A stretch of DNA of 64,000 nucleotides from Phoronis australis (GCA_002633005.1 NMRA01000139.1:1-64000), one strand, 5' to 3'. Positions 13,401 through 24,678 are shown, numbered from the stretch's first letter. A program made the numbers and translations. The notes: generated from the letters alone by a model not told the origin.

Positions 13401-14559
13401 CACCTGGAAAAAAGTGAGAAAAATACAACTGAAGTGGTTATATAACCTGTTTATCTCAAAGTATTACTAGAGTAATTCAGGACATGGCACTTATCTGACT
13501 ATCATCAATTAACAGGAACCAACTAGGCAGTGTAGAGAATGTGAAGCGACTCGGGGAAAACATTTTTAAGAAAAACAACGCTAAGTGCAAAATATTAGAA
13601 ATCCATTGTTCAATCACCACTTAACTCAAACCTAACACCAAATACACTCATCTGAAGAAAACCCAAAAATGTCAAATTTGTGAACACTAACCTATTTTTA
13701 AATTTGTCTCATTTCGTTGTTGATGTATATTGTAAAGGATGAAAAAAGATTATTCTATTTCCAAATATGTTGGTGAGACCACTTGGAGCTTAGGAACCAG
13801 ACTAAATGAATATCTGGCAACTCTCCAGCCATTAGGAGAACACAATATGAACAAATCACATAACATTGGCAAGCCTACAGTCTAAATATGGCATCCAGAG
13901 AAAATAACTATTGGAACAGTAAAATCGAAAAACAGTCGAAATCAAGAGCAATAAACCAAAACTGAACAGAGACAATGGAAATGAATTATAAGCTACGGTA
14001 CCAGCACCTCCTTGCAAGTAACAGCCACCAGGTGGTGTTGGACAACTACCAAGGACCACACACTGATGACCATGTGACACGAAGATTCCCACCAGTACCC
14101 CAACAAAGGGCCCAGGATGGGTTCAAAAGCTATGTCCGAAAACACAAACAGGTTGACGATAGGTAACTACTGTATTCCCAGTATTCTAATAATAACAATA
14201 ATAATTGGATCGGGCCCATTGTTTTGACCGCACAAAAGTTCACATTTGGCAAAGAATATATTGTTAAGAAATAGCTAAAAAAATGTCAAATACAAATAAC
14301 GTAAATTTAACTGCACAGGAGTAGCAGGCCTTTGGCACAACAAGCTAAATAGTCAGCAATGTGTACTTCACTACTCAAATGTCAATGGCTTTGTTTTGAT
14401 GGTCAGTTTACCTGTGACCAGGATGGCCACTGGTTGGCCAGCATAGAGAACCTTCCCAGAACACAACACTTCTTCCACACCAGTGTCAGACATATGCATG
14501 AAGTTGTTGGTACCGGGGATGTCTTTGGATGTGAGCACCGCCAGTACACCAGGAACTTT
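1283..14559 (-). CDS. Aldehyde oxidase / xanthine dehydrogenase family gene, partial (molybdopterin-binding region, 11 exons)
   Basis: Exons 14412-14559, 12144-12296, 10986-11065, 9422-9636, 8726-8804, 7480-7594, 5953-6033, 4255-4364, 3010-3123, 2039-2200 and 1283-1411 all have AG/GT boundaries. Their phases join into one open frame with family motifs KDIPG, GGQFHFHMETQ, RRIGGSFGAR, GGRHP, KTNAPSSTSLRAPG, NRWKKK, HGGVESGQG and TGGSITSE. Confidence 0.93.
1643..1970. mobile_element. Degraded MITE-like inverted-repeat element in an AOX intron
   Basis: cttcttgaaggatggtggaat near 1702 is inverted to attccaccatcctcaagaag near 1888, with weaker similarity extending outward. Confidence 0.45.
2039..2200 (-). 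CDS. AOX/XDH-like exon (ANRWKKKALSLVP...HGGVESGQGCDVK)
   Basis: 162 nt, AG/GT, conserved NRWKK and HGGxExGQG motifs. Confidence 0.93.
3010..3123 (-). CDS. AOX/XDH-like exon (VTPTGMTL...EIETFNK)
   Basis: 114 nt, cag acceptor, gtgagt donor. Confidence 0.9.
4100..4240 (+). mobile_element. L1/Tx1-like LINE ORF2 fragment
   Basis: Translation LWIGVETLFCRYWCEKGICYISDLMDKN resembles the post-RT region of Tx1-clade ORF2 (W..KGI..I.DL). Confidence 0.5.
4255..4364 (-). CDS. AOX/XDH-like exon (GSSQATFLIESIMEHVAKSL...LNLYKQGQ)
   Basis: 110 nt, phase 1/0, AG/GT. Confidence 0.92.
5953..6033 (-). CDS. AOX/XDH-like exon (YYCANWQVIPKMCKTNAPSSTSLRAPG)
   Basis: 81 nt, phase 1/1, AG and gtgagt; KTN.P....RAPG motif. 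Confidence 0.92.
7480..7594 (-). CDS. AOX/XDH-like exon (VGFTKDGKLNGIK...SGCSPND...WIDN)
   Basis: 115 nt, phase 0/1, AG/GT. Confidence 0.92.
7800..8410 (-). mobile_element. Highly degraded LINE (L1/Tx1-like) 3' ORF2 relic
   Basis: Broken frames with NFISDVVN-type motif; many stops; boundaries approximate. Confidence 0.3.
8726..8804 (-). CDS. AOX/XDH-like exon (RPVYMKLDLKTNMASIGGRHPCMADYQ)
   Basis: 79 nt, phase 2/0, tag/gt; GGRHP motif. Confidence 0.92.
9422..9636 (-). CDS. AOX/XDH-like exon (VCRAIPTDDG...RRIGGSFGARITRN...HTNR)
   Basis: 215 nt, phase 0/2; Moco-binding GGxFGx motif. Confidence 0.93.
9961..10220 (+). mobile_element. Dispersed MITE of about 260-280 bp, copy 1 of 3
   Basis: Similar to 44465-44725 (same strand) and 62654-62935 (inverted); shared cagcctaaaa...gggggctcgaa and gcccc...gggtgcgc ends. 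Confidence 0.55.
10986..11065 (-). CDS. AOX/XDH-like exon (GAISKSTNTVSGKVYLGGQFHFHMETQ)
   Basis: 80 nt, phase 1/0; GGQxHFxMETQ motif. Confidence 0.93.
12144..12296 (-). CDS. AOX/XDH-like exon (ETEGLGYYAVDLVKVTY...LKVGDAD)
   Basis: 153 nt, phase 1/1, AG/GT. Confidence 0.9.
12488..12720. repeat. Minisatellite, 49-bp unit, about 4.7 copies
   Basis: Unit gaacacattgcaatatttcatgtatatttgaagtacttaatactccaaa recurs at about 12488, 12538, 12587, 12636 and 12685. Confidence 0.9.
13225..13280. repeat. Short tandem repeat of agttaggcatcaccaaggg, about 3 copies
   Basis: Direct inspection. Confidence 0.85.
14412..14559 (-). CDS. AOX/XDH-like exon, most 5' one found (KVPGVLAVLTSKDIPG...GQPVAILVT)
   Basis: 148 nt, cag acceptor, gtaaac donor; hammerhead-domain KDIPG and GQPV motifs. 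Confidence 0.93.
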
Positions 14560-15129
14560 CTGCAAGAAAATCAACAATACAAAATGTTTTTAAAGGAAAT
14601 TTCTGCTAGAAAGTCAACAATACAAAACATTTTAAATGATACATTACACAATCCGCAGGTCACCAATTGAAAGTTTACTTTCAGTTAAATATTCTATAGT
14701 GTATTATGGTACAGTGCATAACGCAAAGTTGTCGTGAGGACTCGATTGGGACCTCAGGGGTCTCACGCTCCACCGGCTAATTTGAAAAGGCTTTGTCCAG
14801 TCACGCGTTGTGGGTAATGAATCGAGATAATGATACCAACAGCCGACGCGACAAGCAGAACTACTTTCTTTTACTTCATTTGTGCACTAACTGGAGAAAT
14901 TTAGAATTAGACTTTTAAACACTATCCGATCTTCAACTTTTTTCGGGAGACTTAAACCTCAGTGTAGTTTGCGCAAAGACGATGTGCAATTTTGGAGGTG
15001 TATTGACGATGATCAACGTTAAAACGGAGAGCAAATAAGTGCGTAATTGATCATCCAATCNTGGAATAATTCGGTGAGTACAACAGCAAGTCGGTTTTAT
15101 GCTTAGGCGGACGAACATTGGGTTCCCCA

Positions 15130-17397
15130 GTATAAGTCGTCAACGAATGACCGAGGCGCACTTTCATTCAATGCTAACCATAAAGTTTTCAGAATGTTAT
15201 GGTAGATTTATTTTACTGCCTACCAGTACACCGACATTACAATATTCCTGTAGTAAAATTCTTGGTGTCTTTGACTGAGTATTTTTTTTGTTATTTTACT
15301 GTTTTAGTTGTTTAGGCCACGGGCTCGGTTTCGTCCACTTGTGTAGTGGATTAATTTGAGCAAACAAAGAAGCCATATTTACTAGTGTTTCTCATGTAAA
15401 AGTAAGGGGACTCAAGGTAAGGGCTGTTGAAATCAATTAAGATTTGTTGTGTCATTGTGTGATCTAAGGCATAACAGCAATCCTTGAGTAATAATCATTT
15501 AATAATCTTCTCTTTTCCGAATTCATGTCATCTTGCAGTGTGTATAGAGACTGACAGTCTATACAGCCTGTTAGTGCCAGTCTTGATACTCTAGCAGCCC
15601 TACACAACTAACTAGTCTTGTGGCTGTTTATGTTGACTGGCAGTCTATACATGTAACCAGTTAGTCCTACTTTTGATACTCTCTGCAAGGCTAACTGTGT
15701 AGTCTTGTGGTTGTATACAGGAGTCTGGACATGCTGGTAGTCAATACACCCTGCTAGTGGTAGTCTGGATATTCCCAAATTGGAGGTTTGTATTAATGTT
15801 ATTNGCATCGAATTTTTTTATAGTGAACTGAATTTAATACAGATTTTTTTAGCTTAATTTTTTCATTTTGTGTGGTGCACTAAGAAATAAATGGATGCCG
15901 GACGAAGTGTCAATCGAAGATTCGAGTGTCGAATATGAACTTGGAGTTTTGGTTAATCTCAAGATCGTGTACAGGCCTACGTGAACTCGAAATACCCACT
16001 CAAATAATCACGTTCATGCTAACATAATTAATTAACGGGTGAAATAAGTGCTTCTGGAACAAATAATTACAGAAATTTGCTACATTGAACAAAACATTCA
16101 CCAGATTTCTTTAATGTGTGTTTAATTAAGAGCTCACGCTTACGCGATCTTCAGATTAAGCAAAATTCAAGTTCACGCATACCAAACAAGTAATGGCAGG
16201 CGTTCGGTATAAGATAGGTTGTCCTCCGTTGAAAAGGCTTGCTAATCGTCCTCAATTTGACTATTACCTCCGTAAAGTTTGAAATGAAGATCAGTTCGGG
16301 TGCTGGACTTATCTGCGATCCCAGATGGCTGTTACACGGTCTCACTAAGGAAAGATTTTGCTCGACAGGTAAGTCGTCAACGAATGACCGAGGCGCACTT
16401 TCAATGCTAACCATAAAGTTTTCTAAATGTTATGGTAGATTTATTTTACTGCCTACCAGTACACCCACATTACAATATTCCTGTAGTAAAATTCTTGGTG
16501 TCTTTGACTGAGTATTTTTTGCGTTATTTTACTGTTTTAGTTGNGATCCCAGATGGCTGTTACACGGTCTCAGTAAGGAAAGATTTTGCTCGACAATTAA
16601 GTCGTCAACGAATGACCGAGGCGCACTTTCAATGCTAACCATAAAGTTTTCAGAAATATGTTATGGTAGATTTATCTTACTGCCTACCAGTACACCGACA
16701 TTACAATATTCCTGTAGTAAAATTCTTGGTGTCTTTGACTGAGTATTTTTTGCGTTATTTTACTGTTTTAGTTGTTTAGGCCACGGGCTCGGTTTCGTCC
16801 ACTTGTGGATTAATTTGAGCAAACAAAGAAGCCATATTTACAAGTGTTTCTCATGTAAAAGTAAGGGGACTCAAGGTAAGGGCTGTTGAAACCAATTAAG
16901 ATTTGTTGTGTCATTGTGTGATCTAAGGCATAACAGCAATCCTTGAGTAATAATCATTTAATAATCTTCTTTTTTCCGCATTCATGTCATCTTGCAGTGT
17001 GTATAGAGACTGACAGTCTATACAGCCTGTTAGTGTTAGTGCTAGTCTTGATACTCTAGCAGCCCTACACAACTAACTAGTCTTGTGGCTGTTTATGTTG
17101 ACTGGCAGTAAATCTTCTCTTTTCCGAATTCATGTCATCTTGCAGTGTGTATAGAGACTGACAGTCTATACAGCCTGTTAGTGCTAGTCTTGATACTCTA
17201 GCAGCCCTACACAACTAACTAGTCTTGTGGCTGTTTATGTTGACTGGCAGTCTAGTTAGTCCTACTTTTGATACTCTCTGCAAGGCTAACTGTGTAGTCT
17301 TGTGGTTGTATACAGGACATGCTGGTAATCAATACACCCTGCTAGTGGTAGTCTGGATATTCCCAAATTGGAGGTTGAATTGTATTAATGTTATTTG
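15130..17397. repeat. Near-identical direct duplications (15130-15808, 16370-16544, 16598-17397)
   Basis: Copies are almost identical and bounded by single n joins; likely an assembly or haplotype artefact, or a recent tandem duplication. Confidence 0.8.
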
Positions 17398-18259
17398 TTG
17401 TTCTTCAGGGCGTTGCATGAGTGGACTGCTCCACTGACAACTGCCAGCACTTTCAACTTGCATAGCAGGGAGTTACTAGAAGGTGCTGATGAAGACAAAT
17501 GAATTGAGAAGGGGTCATCTGACCATGATGCATTCAAAAGAACCCAACATTGGCGAAGAATGCTTTGCCATCAATAGCAGGTACCTATTCTAGCTTTGGA
17601 TAATGGCACATTATAGCATTCTGTAATGTTAACAGCAACAGAAAGTGTATTGTTTTTACCAAGGTATCTGAGCAGCCAATTGCCATCTCACGTGAACATG
17701 GATTTGATTTTATGTTGTAGAACAAGAGATGTGTTGGGAATTTTCAACCTGCTGATTCTTATGTACTCTGGCGGCAAGCGTTTTGCTACTCTCAAGGCCT
17801 TGTGTACCGGCTTACCAGAATTCTGCTAGCTATCAAGGAACACAGCAGGCCAGTCCTGGAAGATGAAGCTGGCAAAGCAAGGTAATTAAAATAGCTGCGC
17901 CAAACATGCATTTTGGCTACTGGTGTGGCCACGACTCAGTTTTCAACAGGGGTTTAAAACTAAATTGTAAGTGGCCATTAGCAGGGTAGTGCTAAAATGA
18001 GTGATAATTTAGGACTCNCCGTTTTCATCTACTTTAGTCAAAGTGATGCTTGAATCTACGTATTCCTCATTAAAGTCATCATCATCAAAATCTCCCAGCA
18101 CGATGGAAATTATTGCTGCTGTGATGTCCAAGAGGTCCTCTGTGATTGATACTATACGTCTCTTGATAAGATTCACAAACGCTGATATATATGCTAATAG
18201 AAAGATCGTCAAGTCTGCTAATATCCTTATGGGTACTTTCAATGCCATAAACATGAAAT

Positions 18260-18670
18260 CAGACGTCAGCAATAAGTTGACGTCATACACGCAATACGCA
18301 TTTTTCAGAACAATGGTAAAATTCTCTAGTAACATAATCCGTGCGTCAGTAGGACGCTTATAATTTTAGATATAACTGTGTTTGGAAAATAAAATGTCCC
18401 TTTGATTCAAATGTTTCTGAATGTAAACACCAGCATATGTACGAGATAACATTAAAAGTATGCATTCCGTTTCTTGCTGATACTAAAACCTACACATTCT
18501 GAGGAAATCCAAACATTTTGGTGTCATGTGCACACCCAAAGGCAATGATTGTGCCAACCTACGTTGACTTCTGATCTATACCGTTATGGCAACTTTTACA
18601 TTACATATAGAAAGATTTTCATCAATTGAGAAACTATACTAAAATTTCGTAAAGTCCTGCACGCGTTTTT
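18260..18670 (-). repeat. Degraded coding-like segment also present at 63545-64000, probably Maverick/Polinton-derived
   Basis: Clear nucleotide similarity between the two sites; each lies near a recognisable Maverick gene fragment. Confidence 0.55.
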
Positions 18671-18929
18671 ACTGGCAATTCACAGCCGTAAAATAAATCC
18701 ATTACCGTTCACCTGTGGGGCAATTTACTGGGTGTGCCACCATAATATTATTCTGATATTTCATAATAAATGCTATTTATTTTGAACACATTTGATTAGG
18801 TTTTGAAACAGCAGCAGTTGGGAATAAGTTTTGACTTGAATGGTTTTCTGGAAAAAAATTCATGAATTTTTCAGTGAAAAGTAAATGCGAAGGAGTAAGA
18901 GAAGATTCTAAATAAAAAGAATATAGAAA

Positions 18930-19210
18930 CCGACTGTCTTCGGAAGGAGGTTGAATGTTTCGCGTTTTGAAAAGAATTGAGTAGCAGTTCCAGGCAGAGC
19001 TTGTAGACGTGTCAAAGTCGGCAAAATTTAATGATAGTCACAGGAACATTCTTCTCTGTATTGACATGATCTCGAAGTATGCTTTCGCTGTTCTACTCCC
19101 AGACAAGACGGAGAAAGCATAGTTGAAGCGTTCAAACTTTTTGCCAATGAACAGAAATGTAAGATTCTGCAGACATATAAAGGCATTCAGTTTACGAATC
19201 GAGTCTTCTC
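18930..19210 (+). pseudogene. Maverick/Polinton retroviral-like integrase fragment
   Basis: QFQAELVDVSKSAKFND...ILLCIDMISKYAFAV..PDKT...IVEAFK...LQTYKGIQFTN matches the Polinton integrase pattern QWQADLVD..CIDVFSKYAW..LQTDKGTEF; has stops and frameshifts. Confidence 0.8.
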
Positions 19211-19478
19211 ATCAACAGGCCTGTGCCGAGCAAACCTGCTTTTTAAAACAGGTTTGCTCACCAATTAAAATTGGAGAGTAAAGACAGGGCTCTATCCAAC
19301 TTCTCGTTTGTTCCAATAAGTGTCTGTGATAGAGAATCTACATGTGTAATAAAATTATTACTTGTACGGATAATGATGTCTAAACGCCTTGAGGATTTTT
19401 GTATTATGTTAGAATATACTTTGTTATTAATATACGTTAGGTCGTCACAATATCTCCTTATTATTCTAGTCCCTTTAA

Positions 19479-20282
19479 AGTGTACACAACATGACTCTAG
19501 TACCTCAAAATCAATTTTATCTTACTAGATTTCAGTGACTTTAATGCACAGCTCATAAAGAAACACGCAAAAATTGAAAAAATAATAATTATGTTCAACG
19601 TCATGGGTTGAACCTAAGTCGTTCGCCATACTTTTCGGATCAGAGACAAAGTGTATAGAGTGAAGAGAAAGCAAAGTACATTTAGCGTCGAGAAGGTTCG
19701 TAGAGGGATCAAAAGATGTGTTTCCGGAGGCTGCAGCAACAGCAGCCAGGCGGAGAACGTCTCGGTGTTCCGAAGGACACCAAAGTTGCGCAGAAGTGGC
19801 ATCGCTTCGTGCGCCGAACGAGAGTGTGGGACATCGTGAACCTAGCGATTCGGTCCGGGGTCACTCTGTGTTCTGCCCACTTTGAGGACTCGTGTTTTGA
19901 CTCCAGTCACAGGAGACGTTACGATNNNNNNNNNNNNNNNNNNNNNNNNNNNNNNNNNNNNNNNNNNNNNNNNNNCCATTTCCTCATCCTCGCCACCATT
20001 CCCGTACGTTTCTTCATAGTATTCGTTCAATTCTTGCTCATAATCGTCGTCGCTTTCAAATTCCCTGCTCTCCGCCATTGTTCAATGCTAGTCACTGATC
20101 TCTTGTGTTCAACCCATGACGTCGCATGGCGGGAAATGTGAAAATTGGCAAAATTGAACGAAAAATCAAAATTTCGAGCTAATTACACAAAATAAACATG
20201 GGTTTAGCTAATTTTTACGTCACACATTTAGTCTGTGGCCACCGGTAATTCAAAATGTGCAAAAATCCATGGTGTGTACTGT
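19479..20282 (+). mobile_element. Kolobok-like non-autonomous DNA transposon: THAP remnant (+) converging on an acidic ORF (-)
   Basis: TTAA on both sides; imperfect 15-bp TIR (AGTGTACACAACATG / CATGGTGTGTACTGT); THAP RCVSGGCSN...PKD...W..FV...LCSAHFEDSCF; minus-strand MAESREFESDDDYEQE; N gap in the middle. Confidence 0.7.
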
Positions 20283-20789
20283 TTAATGCCCGGGGTTAGA
20301 CATACGCGACATCTGTTGCTGCTCAGAAATGACAGAGAAGACAGGGCGATAACGTACCGGTATACAATGACTACGAAACACGTGGCGCTGATGTGCGCAA
20401 AATAAGGGAATACATGTTCTATTTTATTATTCTAATCCCTTTCACGAGTTAGACATACTCGACATCTGTTGGTGAAAAATGAGAGAGGGAGAAAAAAAGT
20501 GCCTACAACATATTGAATGTATTCAAAATAACCTCTTTTTAGTGCCTGAGATTTTTCTCGTGGTGGATGGTGCTCCGCCCTACCTAGCTGATGATGTCAT
20601 TGTCACTTCCTTTAGGTTTGCGGATGACAGCACATCCGGATCAATCTTTGATCTCTGACCTTTGACCTACAGTCTTTGACCGAGGTCCCTCTCCAACGCC
20701 TGTCACGAAAATGACTCACTATACTACTGACCATACTACTTATCTACAGTATATCAACATTGAAATTTATTCAAAATGTTGAGAAGTGA

Positions 20790-21070
20790 GATTTGGACCA
20801 TTTTATTTTTTTTAAACTCATACCAGGAGTTAACGTAGATCTGGTCCAGATTCATTCTGTCTTATCTACATTGGATTTGAGACCAGAAAGCTTTGTGAAT
20901 GGTCCAGAAGATGCAAAGTTTTTATAAGTGATTTTTCTGAACCACCGACAATTGTAGTATCGTCAGCACACAGAAGAACTTTTAATTCTTGATTTCCGAA
21001 AGTGGTGCTTTTAATTTCTTTACTGCCTCTTTAAGACATATTTTCCAAGATTTCAGCGCGTAATACTAAT
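20790..21070 (-). mobile_element. L1/Tx1-like reverse transcriptase fragment
   Basis: AEIL...EIK...CADDTTIVGGSEKSL...SGLKSNVDKTE*IW, a degenerate YADD region. Confidence 0.75.
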
Positions 21071-21339
21071 ATGGAAATATTGAGTCCCAAGTTCAACCCT
21101 AAAAATCAGAAGGGGTACCATTTTGCGTAACACACAAATGAAATTGTTTGTTTAACATATTTATCCTCCTGCAGAATTTACCGCCAAGGCAAAAAAAATC
21201 AGACGTGACGGAGTATCACTTTAAAGATAAATCATTTCAAACTAACAACTAAAAAGTAATGAACTAAAAACATAAAAGTAAAATGTATTTATTCTGACTC
21301 TTCATTTTCATAGAAACTTGGTTCATTGCTGGAACAGTG

Positions 21340-22684
21340 AACGTACTTCATTCTTGCAATAACAACCATGTACTAGCAGCAGAACTATTGTGAATATTCT
21401 CGTAAATGCTGCAAACCTAGGGTTGCGTCATTCCAAAATGCACCAAACATCCTCTCTAACTGCATCACCGACTGGTAATGTTTGGTTAAATTCATTATTA
21501 CAGAGGTTGACACAATAAAAGGCCTCTATCTTGAATTTTCTTCCAGATATGTCCTCCCTTGTCTCGTTGGCAAAAAAGTACTTTTTGTGTCTTTCCTGCA
21601 ATACCCATAATCTCGGCAACAAGTCTGCTCTTAGCTACAATGGACACCCAGTTGTCTCCCAAGACTCTGAGGTCATCAAGGAGACTACTTATGTTTTCTA
21701 CTTCACTCTCAAGGTACCTAAACTACACGGTCCACGGACTCATAAACACGGGCACGGACACATGAACACGACTCATCGGCTTCCTGGGTCAGCTGACATC
21801 TTCATTCTGTCCGTATACCGTGTTTGGCGGTCCGTTAACCGTGTTTCCTCGAGAATATGAGTCCGTGTCCCGTGTATTTGGGGGCGTGGATCGTGTTTTG
21901 TGAGTCCGTTCCCGTGTTTGTGAGTCAGTGGGCGGTGTTTGCAGGTCCGTGAGTCGTGTTTATGAGTCCGTTGACCGTGTAGTTTAGGTACCTTGACTCT
22001 GATCGAGGTGGCATCCTTTGCTTGCAACACTTTGTTCCCGGTGTCGACTGCTGTACGAACTTTGCCCCTGAGGAGGCCATGACTACACATTCAAACAAGT
22101 TAATGTGGCTTTGGGTCCAATGCAGGTCTGACCTTGTTCCTGCGAACAAGTTCAGCTTCATATGGTGTCCTCCACGCCTTTCTTCAAGGAATGAAGACAT
22201 GCAACACATGGTTCAACGTTGTCCATCTTTACTGACCAACGTGTGTCTGACATGCTCTGGAGAACAGTACAAACGTGGTTCTTTAGAAATACCCAGCGCT
22301 GTGGGCTGGAACGGAACACACTTTGTATAACTTCCTAACAGTTCCAAATGTAATAGCCACAGCTGTGGACAACTTTCAGCAGCACGGCCGGGAGTACAAC
22401 GGGTTAAGACTACCACAAGTCGTGGAATGTAGATTTTTGTGTTTCATTATTGAAGTGAACGTAGCGCAAGATGGCCACAGTTTGTTCCATATGTGCAGTC
22501 AGGCGTAGCATCAACAATTATACTGTAATAGTTGCTGTGTTTGTCCGTTCCACAGATATCATAGTATGCACCTGTTTTTGCACGTACAGCTATTAAATAA
22601 CGACTTGCCTGCCCGTGTATCAGAACTGTATAAATCACAACGTTGCGATACCAGATCGTGGAACAACTGAATTGCTTGTAGGTG
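21340..22684 (-). pseudogene. hAT transposase (ZMYM1-like) pseudogene, cut off at its 5' side by the Gypsy LTR
   Basis: Motifs YYSIIVDATPD, ILRYV, AAESCPQ, SMSDTRWS, FECVVMAS, NKVLQAKDAT and EVENISSLLDDL across frameshifts. Confidence 0.8.
21710..21995. mobile_element. 286-bp MITE inserted in the hAT pseudogene
   Basis: TIR CAAGGTACCTAAACTACACGGTC / GACCGTGTAGTTTAGGTACCTTG; ACTCT direct repeat on both sides; internal acggactcat/aaacacg subrepeats. Confidence 0.9.
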
Positions 22685-22706
22685 ATCGAATGGTGATTGT
22701 AATCCG

Positions 22707-23352
22707 TGTAACAGGAGTGCCCTGGACATGATTATGTAATTAAGATATATGCGCCTTCTAGAGGTCAAGCTGTGTATGGAATTTCCTATGATTTTGGGTC
22801 CTTTGGACATGACCATATTTCGCCACGCTGTGGCCAGATCCTAGGATGTATGGGCCTTGCCGTTCAGATCGTGTCTGATTGGTTGAAATTGTGTACTTAA
22901 GCTTCTTCTCTGTCAGACACGCGGAGTCCAGTCGCAGAGTTCAATAAGTTAATACCTACACTCTCACTCACACCAAATTCCAACTATTCGTGCAGCTTTC
23001 GGGCTCTTCCGGAACTTGGTTGCCAATAGTTTAGTCCCCAGAAATTATCGGGCTCCTCTCGAGCTTGATTGCTGCTCACATTTGGGACCCATAACTAAAT
23101 TGCCCCCGTTTTTTCACATACAACTATTAAATAACGACTGGGCTGCCCGTGTATCAGAACTGTATAAATAATAACGCTGCGATACTAGATCATGGAACAA
23201 ATAGATTGCTTGTAAGTGTGACGTTTTGTACTTATATATTCTTACAATAAACCTATGTATTATTCACCAATTTTAGTTTTCAATATCACCCTCTGTCCGC
23301 ACCGGTCTAGTAAAATCGGTGCGCCTTGGTCGTAGAAACTTTCCCCGTTACA
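22707..23352 (+). repeat. Gypsy 5' LTR, about 646 bp
   Basis: TGTAAC...GTTACA termini, AATAAA near 23246, PBS immediately downstream; no second LTR to confirm the start. Confidence 0.7.
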
Positions 23353-23353
23353 C

Positions 23354-23371
23354 TGGTGCCGTGGCCCGGAT
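23354..23371 (+). promoter_or_regulatory. Primer-binding site, tRNA-His
   Basis: TGGTGCCGTGGCCCGGAT matches 16/18 the complement of the tRNA-His 3' end (TGGTGCCGTGACTCGGAT), 1 nt after the LTR-terminal CA. Confidence 0.8.
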
Positions 23372-23979
23372 ATGTGGGTATACTTTTGAAAAGCAGTAAA
23401 ATAAAGTTTCTTACCGTCAATGCCGACTTAGTGTTTTAATGACATTTTGTTCGTTGCTCATGCCGTTGACTATCTTGTCACGCTCGCTGGAGGATGTTTG
23501 GAAGTATTTAACTCACATAATAAACTCTGCTGGAGGTTGAGTGTTCAAAGTTTGCAAAACATAATATTCCATAGTACCGACATTGAACACATTTTTGTCA
23601 CGTCAGTACTCCTGAGTTGATTTTCCGTTGAGCTTTTAATAAATGTCCTTGTCGAATAACAATCTACAAGTTGTCGTGTGTCGCTGCTTATTTTCATAGA
23701 TAATCTTGCTTTAGCGAAACCTGCAATATTCTTGTGGCGATAGCTTGAATGTGTGAAGTTTGTGTCAACTTGTTGCCCACTTAATCTTTTTCTCATAGAT
23801 TCATGTCTGTTTGGCGCTTTGCTGTTAGGCTACTCCCTTCGTCTTCGGTTACATTTGTCTGGTGTACTCAACGTATTAGCAGGACACGTCTAGAGTGGGT
23901 TCAATTACTCAGAGCATCATCTATTGAACTCGGGCTCAGTTCTATACAATACACTAGCTGATTTCATCTAATTCCATAA

Positions 23980-24678
23980 ATGAAAATAGCCCGTTTGTTG
24001 TCAAATGTGTCTAGTTGGTTCACTCCCTCGTTTATGGTGGCAGAAAATCACGTTGAGCCTCTGCCTGAAATTGTTCCCGTGGATGATGTTAGAGTCCGCT
24101 CCCCGGAAATGCCATACGTTGACTGTCCACGCAACAGCTCGCCTCCTACGTCATTTGACCATCAGCGGCAGGCCACTCTAAATCAGACTGACAAGTGAGG
24201 GCTGGATTCAACGGTTCCCTATATCAAGCAAAATTCAAAAAACAGCAACAACTTACGCTCGCTCTACCAAAACGGAAAGAACGTGTGCCACAGCATTTTG
24301 ACGGCAAATCATGCGAATGGCCTGACTTTTTGCGCCAATTCGAGAAAATTTGTTGGTGGAATGGTTGGAAGGAGCAGCAGTCGGCCATGCAGCTGGTCAT
24401 GTGTCTGCGACAGTTGGCCTTGCGTGCCGTAGGGGACTTCGACGGTGTCTCAGACTTTTGACGATTTAAAAGCGGCGCCTACGCAGCGGTTCTGTCCCGC
24501 AGAATGGTCGCCGCCCACAGATGCGAGTTTCGAGGAAGGACGAGGCGGAAAACAGTTTTAGTCTAAAACGGCTAGCGTCATTGGCATTCCCTGAGCTAGC
24601 CAGTGACGTCCGTGAAGTATTGGTTGTTGACCAATTCATAGCTGGGCTCAACGACCAGGCGCTGCGGAGACACGTATA
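23980..24678 (+). pseudogene. Gypsy gag, 5' part
   Basis: FDGKSCEWPDFLRQFE..WNGW, LKRLASLAFPE, DQFIAGLND..LRRHV. Confidence 0.85.

Noticed and set aside
13020-13405. Possible tyrosine-recombinase (DIRS/Crypton) fragment, CRISELL motif on the minus strand
   Set aside because: Only one short motif with many stops; not supportable by eye
17400-18010. Possible DIRS RNase H relic
   Set aside because: Too degraded to assign
15061-18018. Near-identical duplicated blocks as a real tandem array
   Set aside because: Copies begin and end at single n characters, typical of overlapping contig or haplotype joins
19228-19259. 11-bp stem hairpin gagcaaacctg...caggtttgctc
   Set aside because: Could be a Helitron/Helentron end, but no matching other end was found; not a bacterial terminator in this context
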